A model generated the notes under the pieces. That model did not search any database. It saw nothing but the letters and a program-made list of their open reading frames with translations, and had not been told where the DNA came from. DNA of 64,000 bases from Piromyces finnis finn (taxonomy: Eukaryota > Fungi > Neocallimastigomycota): positions 62,001 to 126,000 of the forward strand of contig MCFH01000003.1 of the NCBI GenBank assembly GCA_002104945.1, given 5' to 3'. The position numbers and the translations under genes are program-made. Below are positions 59,401 to 64,000 of the stretch, one piece after another; position 1 is the first letter of the stretch, and the number at the start of each line of letters is the position of its first letter.

Positions 59401-61038
59401 ACTAAATTCTAAATATTGGGTTGGTACGGAGACCAATTTATCTTTATTAATATCCTTTTCATTATTATTATTATTATTACTACATGATTCATTATTATTA
59501 TTACATGTTTCATTAATTTTCGTTACAATACATTTAACCTTTTTATTAAAACTAATATATTCCTCATCGCTATCATCTTCATCATTAATGGTTCTAACAA
59601 GGCGGCCTTTAATATACTCCTTTTCTTCAGGGTTTTTTAAAGGGGCTGTAGAGACAGATTTTACTGTTTTAGTTAAACTTCGGTCAAGAACATCATGATC
59701 TAGCTGGCTTTTTTGAGACTTCTTTCTTTGCTTCCTTCTTCTTTTACCTTGGTTACAGTGTCTAGCACAATAACCGGAACTAAAAGCAATTTTCTTAGGA
59801 TCATAAAAAGCTTCAGGATTATGCTTTTTGATCCAAGGTAACCCAAGAATAACATCAACTCCAGGAACCTTTAAGCTATACAGCTGAATAACTTCATAAT
59901 GGTTCCTATATCTTAGCATACATTTCTCCGACTTTTCCCAGACTCTGGAAATTCCATCATTGACTCCGGAAACACGGAATGGGTCAATATTCTCAAATTT
60001 AATGCCAAGATCCTCAGCAATATCCGGGTTAATAAAATTTAACTCGGAACCAGAATCAATCAACACCTTGATTTTTGCTTCGGGGACCTCGTTAGTACTT
60101 AAATAAAAGTCAATAAAATTCAAATCATCTTTTTTGTCCATTACTCCTACTTTATAAATTTTCGGTTCAACAATCTTAGGAGTTTTTTCTTTAATTATTC
60201 TAAAAACCTTCTTGGGTTTTACTCTATTTGGACAATTAAATTTAAAATGTCCAGGTTTTTTACACAAAAAACAAACCCCCTTTCTCCTTTCTTCTTCAAA
60301 CGTTCTTGGGCTCTCATCATAATTATTACTAGTTCCTTGAATATTTACATAACGTTTACGCTTCTTATCAGCACTAATTCTAAAAACGTCAACATCCATA
60401 GGATCATTAGCCCTTCTATTATTAAAATAAAACTCACTCAAAGAATTCCTTTTCATCATATCTTCAACTAATATTGTTGAGGATATTAAATGTTCCATAG
60501 ATGACGGGTTTGTTTCGACAAACGCCAATTTCTCTCTAAGTAATGGATTTAAACCTTTCAGAAACATATAGATCTTAGCACTTTCGTTAAAGTTGGAATT
60601 TTGACTAACTCGTTGAAACTCGGTGATATAATCAACTACTTGACCAAGTTTTCTTTGTCTAATGTTATCGAGTTTACCGTTTGCAACAACAGTGTCATAT
60701 CGATCACTACCGAAATTAGCTCTGAGGCGATCTATAAATTCATCATAATGGTTCAATACATTACTATTATTCCTCATAAGCGATGATGCCCATTCCAGGG
60801 GTCTACCAGAGAAGTAGGAAATAACGAAATCAACCCGGACGCGATCTGTATTGTACAGTGCCGGTCGAGTTCGAAATACCAATTCTACTCTAGTTAAAAA
60901 CCCATCTAAATCTCTATGTCTACCAGTAAACAACGGAGGAGCATTGATAATGTTCCCTGGATTTACTGTAGAACCACCACCTCTTTCTTCCATTTCTTCT
61001 AAATTTAAATTATCAAAAGTATTAATTAATTCCTCCAA
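56434..61038 (-). CDS. gag-pol: Single Gag-Pol polyprotein of H with C-terminal chromodomain; start codon uncertain (TTG, first ATG at codon 15)
   Basis: CFLCKKPGHFKFNC, VLIDSGS, YIDDI, VETDASNYAVG, HHCC/DDE, GPF, then FYKLSWKGFDKSTWVSEDQI. Confidence 0.95.
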   Translation of the reverse strand: MEELINTFDNLNLEEMEERGGGSTVNPGNIINAPPLFTGRHRDLDGFLTRVELVFRTRPALYNTDRVRVDFVISYFSGRPLEWASSLMRNNSNVLNHYDEFIDRLRANFGSDRYDTVVANGKLDNIRQRKLGQVVDYITEFQRVSQNSNFNESAKIYMFLKGLNPLLREKLAFVETNPSSMEHLISSTILVEDMMKRNSLSEFYFNNRRANDPMDVDVFRISADKKRKRYVNIQGTSNNYDESPRTFEEERRKGVCFLCKKPGHFKFNCPNRVKPKKVFRIIKEKTPKIVEPKIYKVGVMDKKDDLNFIDFYLSTNEVPEAKIKVLIDSGSELNFINPDIAEDLGIKFENIDPFRVSGVNDGISRVWEKSEKCMLRYRNHYEVIQLYSLKVPGVDVILGLPWIKKHNPEAFYDPKKIAFSSGYCARHCNQGKRRRKQRKKSQKSQLDHDVLDRSLTKTVKSVSTAPLKNPEEKEYIKGRLVRTINDEDDSDEEYISFNKKVKCIVTKINETCNNNNESCSNNNNNNEKDINKDKLVSVPTQYLEFSEVFNEKNCEVLPPHRPYDCEIKLKDDSTLFYGPLYPLTEVEREELKKYIDENLNKGFIRKSSSPAGAPILFVKKKDGSLRLCIDYRRLNDITIRNSYPLPLISDLLDRVKNAKIFTKLDLKSAYNLVRIKEGDEYKTAFRTRYGHFEYLVMPFGLKNAPATFQHFINDVLSDYLDDFVISYIDDILIYSNNIEEHHEHVKKVLKKLLENNLYVKLEKCEFDVKKTTFLGYVISKDGLQMDENKVKAILDWPVPKNVKEVQSFIGLCNYYRIFIKDFAKIANPLHKLTRKNVAFNWVKEDQDAFNLLKTLFTSAPILKHADSNKQFIVETDASNYAVGAILSQEFDGKLHPIAFLSKSLTSCQRNYPIYDKELLAIIVALEEWRHYLEGARHQFIIYTDHKNLTFPRKPEMLSQRQIRWNLFLSRFDFKLIYRAGKKSGKPDILSRRSDHLVNVINSDVSCLTISLHHSDNKPLIDSILSELKNDDLYNSIVQFKMNGSTSNAPIKNIDKVIIDGEGFLLFNNLIYVPKSLRTRVLELHHDSVAAGHFGIKKTVELISRNFWWPRFHSDVKSFIKSCVTCCKSKVPRHKPYGLLSPLDTPSRPWSDISIDFIVDLPKSRDMTTLMVVVDRFTKFAHAIPLRCLPTASIAADAFIANVFRLHGLPNSIISDRGSQFTSDFWSRLCDLLNINHSLSTANHPQTDGQTERVNGILEQYFRCFINKKQNNWVDLIPFAEFAYNNTLQQSINQSPFFANYGFHPKFSLEIPANDRPSRAEQRVIDMSENFKLLKGNLEKAKETYKKYADMKRMSPPEFEVGKKVWLLKDSPRTNLKKKLAPQMLGPFEIIEKVSSLAFKLKLPKTMRCHPVFHVSLLEPYFENEFIDRSNSRKRNIHLSTDLIEKIPEKIEKMKSVNGETFYKLSWKGFDKSTWVSEDQIPDKQLIQEFERNSKKSKHKLNDSSMRIRKNKGGNLIKHRYQPFVIEIPSRKDSL

Positions 61039-61111
61039 CTCTAATACAAAAACACATAAAATTAAAATTAAGTAAAATAACGAGGGTTTCTTACTATTAT
61101 TTCAAGTAAGT

Positions 61112-61149
<38 letters not shown>

Positions 61150-61534
61150 TAAAATTTTCGTCTTCTAACAATAAGTTAATAAGTTATTACAGACTCTCTC
61201 TGTATAATTACAGTGTCGAACAAGTTATTAACTAATGTTAATTCCAAACTTCAGCCGTAGTAATAGTCTTTTTCAAATACGAATTATTCGGTGAAGCGTT
61301 CCGATTGATTAAAGTATTCTTGTAGTCCGGTAGAATATCCCAAAGTTCTTGATAATCTTCCTTAGGTAGCCTTAGCAAAATATTCAAAAATTTCTTCTAT
61401 TTCTTCAAGTAGAGTTTTCCAAAAAGTTCTTATATTTCTTCTAGTAGAATTCTTCTATTTGTCCTAGTAGAATCTTCCCAAAAGTTCTTCTATTTCTTCT
61501 TGATACCCTAACGTATTCGTAACTATCTGTTTAG

Positions 61535-61545
61535 GTAATTGTTAT
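61535..61545 (-). other. Self-priming PBS of H
   Basis: Minus-strand ATAACAATTAC is complementary to the LTR at 61670-61680, 27 nt from a minus-strand TATAAATA (61708-61715). Confidence 0.82.
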
Positions 61546-62175
61546 TGTAAAGTCAGACACTAAACCGAATAGATTAGGATATCTAACCTATTACAATAAC
61601 ACAAAAATTTGAGAAATAAAATAAAAAATTGTTTTATAAAATATCTTTTATTATAATAGAATTTTAATAATAACAATTACATCGATAAAATGATGAAAAA
61701 TATCTTCTATTTATATTTTTCCTAAATACATTTATATTATATTATAACTATTTATTTCTTATATATTATTATTTAAAATCTACACTAAAATCTTAATTAT
61801 TAATAAATATTTAAACTATAACTATTTTTAGTAAAATACAATTGGCAATTCAAATTAAGTACCATTTAATTTGAATATGTGCCCATGTATTATTGATATA
61901 TTAATCATTTATTATTTATCTATTTCTATAAAAAAACAATACTAAAACTAGGGATTTAAATTGAGAATATTAATTTACTTGTTAAACATTAAAAATAAAT
62001 TAATAATTTATTTTGTTTTAAACTTTAATTATTAATAAATAAATTATGTCTCATTTTCTTTTTCTGAATATAATTTGTGTAACTTAAACAATAATACTTG
62101 TGGCTTAAGTTACATTAAAGATATCAAACAGAGGCGTTTGATGTCTTTACATTAGTTAAATGTATTAGTTAAATA

Positions 62176-63303
62176 TGTGAAGATATTAACTGGATTGAAA
62201 ACAAATTCAGATAATATCTATAATTAATTAAACATAATAATTATAATTAAATAATTTCAATAATTATTTTAAAACACTTTTAAAAGTCACCTTTTAAATT
62301 TTGATTCAGTGAAAGGGTTATGATTTCAAAAATTTAATATCAATACACTATAACCCTTAACCAAAAATAAGCAAGTACGAAATAAGGTGTAACTCGCCAA
62401 AAACGATCGCTACGGCTGTAAGTGCTACGGTGATGAAACTAGGTTTATTGGAAAGCTTAGGAAGAAAGCTACAATTTGGTACAATCGCGGTCCTTCTAAC
62501 TGATCATTTAAGGAAGTTATGATCATTTAAAGATTTTATTAGGTAAATTAAAATCAATATGATATCAAGTATGGATCATAAATATTTCTTATGACTTGAT
62601 GAAATTAAAAATATATCAATAGGAATTTTAGTTATATTAATTTAATTAATGATAACGATTGTTACTAAAAATAGAACTAGACCCATTTAGGTGTAACAGT
62701 TAACACCTATAAATTAAATAATCTTAATTATTATAAAATAGGTTAACGGCAAGTTTTATTAGAAATAATTTTGAAAATAATAATTATTTAATTATAACAA
62801 ATATGTTATGGTAATATCAATTAATAATGATGAATTATTAATTGAATAGTTTTTATAATTACTAATTAGGATCAACTGTTTAAATGATTAATCATATGTT
62901 TATTTTATTTTATGTCATGACAAACAAACAAACAAACAATCTTATTACTTATTTAATTATATTACTAATATATTACATGTAATACTTTATTCTTATTAAT
63001 ATCAATTTAATAATCTGAACAAAGAATATAAAAGAAAATGAATTGAATTCGATTTTAATTCTTTGTAAAGATTATAGTTATAATCTTAATTATATAGTTA
63101 CTTATAATATCATTTATATTATTATTATTAAATAAATAAAAAATTTATAAAAAATTATTTTAAAGTAAATATAAATTTTTCATTTTTCATTTGGGAGTTT
63201 AAGGTGTTATTTTATAATTAAATTTAATTTCTTAAAAAACATTTTTACTATATAATTAATAACATTCTGACCTGGCCGCATAACCAAACCCAAAAACTTA
63301 ACA
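62176..63303 (+). repeat. Solo LTR J2 (1128 bp), right inversion breakpoint
   Basis: Inverted copy of J1; flanks are AAATA and TGTTA. Confidence 0.9.
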
Positions 63304-63877
63304 TGTTATCTTATATTGTTTTATCTCGACAGCTATTGTACGAGCTTTAACAATATCTACTAGTTTTATTAATTTATTTTAAGTTATTTTATAGTTTTAA
63401 TAGTTTTATTATTTTAATAATATTTATATAGAATAATAACACCAGATTTATTCTATAAAATATTATTTATTATTAACACAATAATTACAAATTAGACAAG
63501 TTTAATTTCGTTTTATATTTTCTTTTATTTATTGTTCTTACGCTCTTTTTAACAATAATTTTTATTATATAAAAACTTATTTTTGTCTTTTAAATATTAT
63601 TATGTATTCACTAATTAATTATATTAACTATTATTAAAATTTAACTTATTATTAGTAATCTAAGTCTTCTCATTTTCTACTAAAAATTATTATTATTCTT
63701 TATATTAAAAATTATTTTTATAATTTAACCCAATCAAATATATAAATTTATAAAATATTTGATTTTATGTAAATTATATTTTTATGCTAAACTATATAAA
63801 ATTATTTAATAATTATTTTATAATAAAATTTTCTACTAATATCAAATGTATAATATATTTATAATTATTATTTATCA
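63304..63877. repeat. D-family LTR D2, main part (inverted)
   Basis: Reverse complement of D from TGATAAAT to ...CAATATAAGATAACA. Confidence 0.88.
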
Positions 63878-63883
63878 TTTTTT

Positions 63884-64000
63884 TGTAAGAAATAATAATT
63901 ACTTCAATCTAAATAATTAATATTTCTTATTAGTTTAATAATTTATTTATTTATTTAGTTACATAATGTTTTATACACATAATTTATTTATTTAATTTAT
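63884..64000 (+). repeat. Start of an A-like LTR running out of the window
   Basis: TGTAAGAAAT... with TATTTCTTATT resembles the A LTR 5' end; follows a T6 junction. Confidence 0.55.

Larger units (their letters stand above)
55792..62151 (-). mobile_element. Full-length Ty3/gypsy chromovirus H
   Basis: 606-bp LTRs at 55792-56397 and 61546-62151; TSD TTAGT; PPT (minus strand) AGAGAGAGAGAT. Confidence 0.97.

Noticed and set aside
1728-61075. Numerous 60-140 aa ORFs antisense to or overlapping gag/pol, and Ile/Phe/Tyr-rich ORFs in AT-rich DNA
   Set aside because: No recognisable motifs; expected shadows of real ORFs or low-complexity sequence, many with TTG starts.
61039-61100. Leader intron in H (GTAAGA...TTAG on the minus strand) explaining the TTG start
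   Set aside because: No upstream ATG exon and only a weak branch point; an in-frame ATG at codon 15 is sufficient.

Overview
Extremely AT-rich eukaryotic DNA, most likely an anaerobic gut fungus (Neocallimastigomycota). That assignment is inferred from base composition, Asn-rich ORFs, CCA-less tRNA genes and Tf1-like retroelements. Almost all 64 kb is LTR retrotransposon; the only clear host DNA is about 440 bp (34557-34993) carrying a convergent tRNA-Ala(TGC)/tRNA-Thr(TGT) pair. Element letters are my own labels. There are six coding Ty3/gypsy elements (A, K, B, C, F, H), one non-coding gypsy derivative (Q), one Ty1/copia element split by Q, and about a dozen solo or fragmentary LTRs. Target-site duplications (TSDs) can be read at most junctions. 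They indicate that several unrelated families inserted repeatedly just upstream of the tRNA genes at family-specific distances (about 10-15, 24-31, 45 and 60-67 nt), building telescoped stacks. Swapped TSDs on two inverted solo LTRs mark a 36-kb inversion. Other points of interest: Tf1-type self-priming in five elements, a half-tRNA-Lys primer site in the copia, three -1 frameshift signals, a recently inserted Gag+integrase-only element, and an array of covarying hairpins inside non-coding element Q. All alignments were done by eye and no database search was run.
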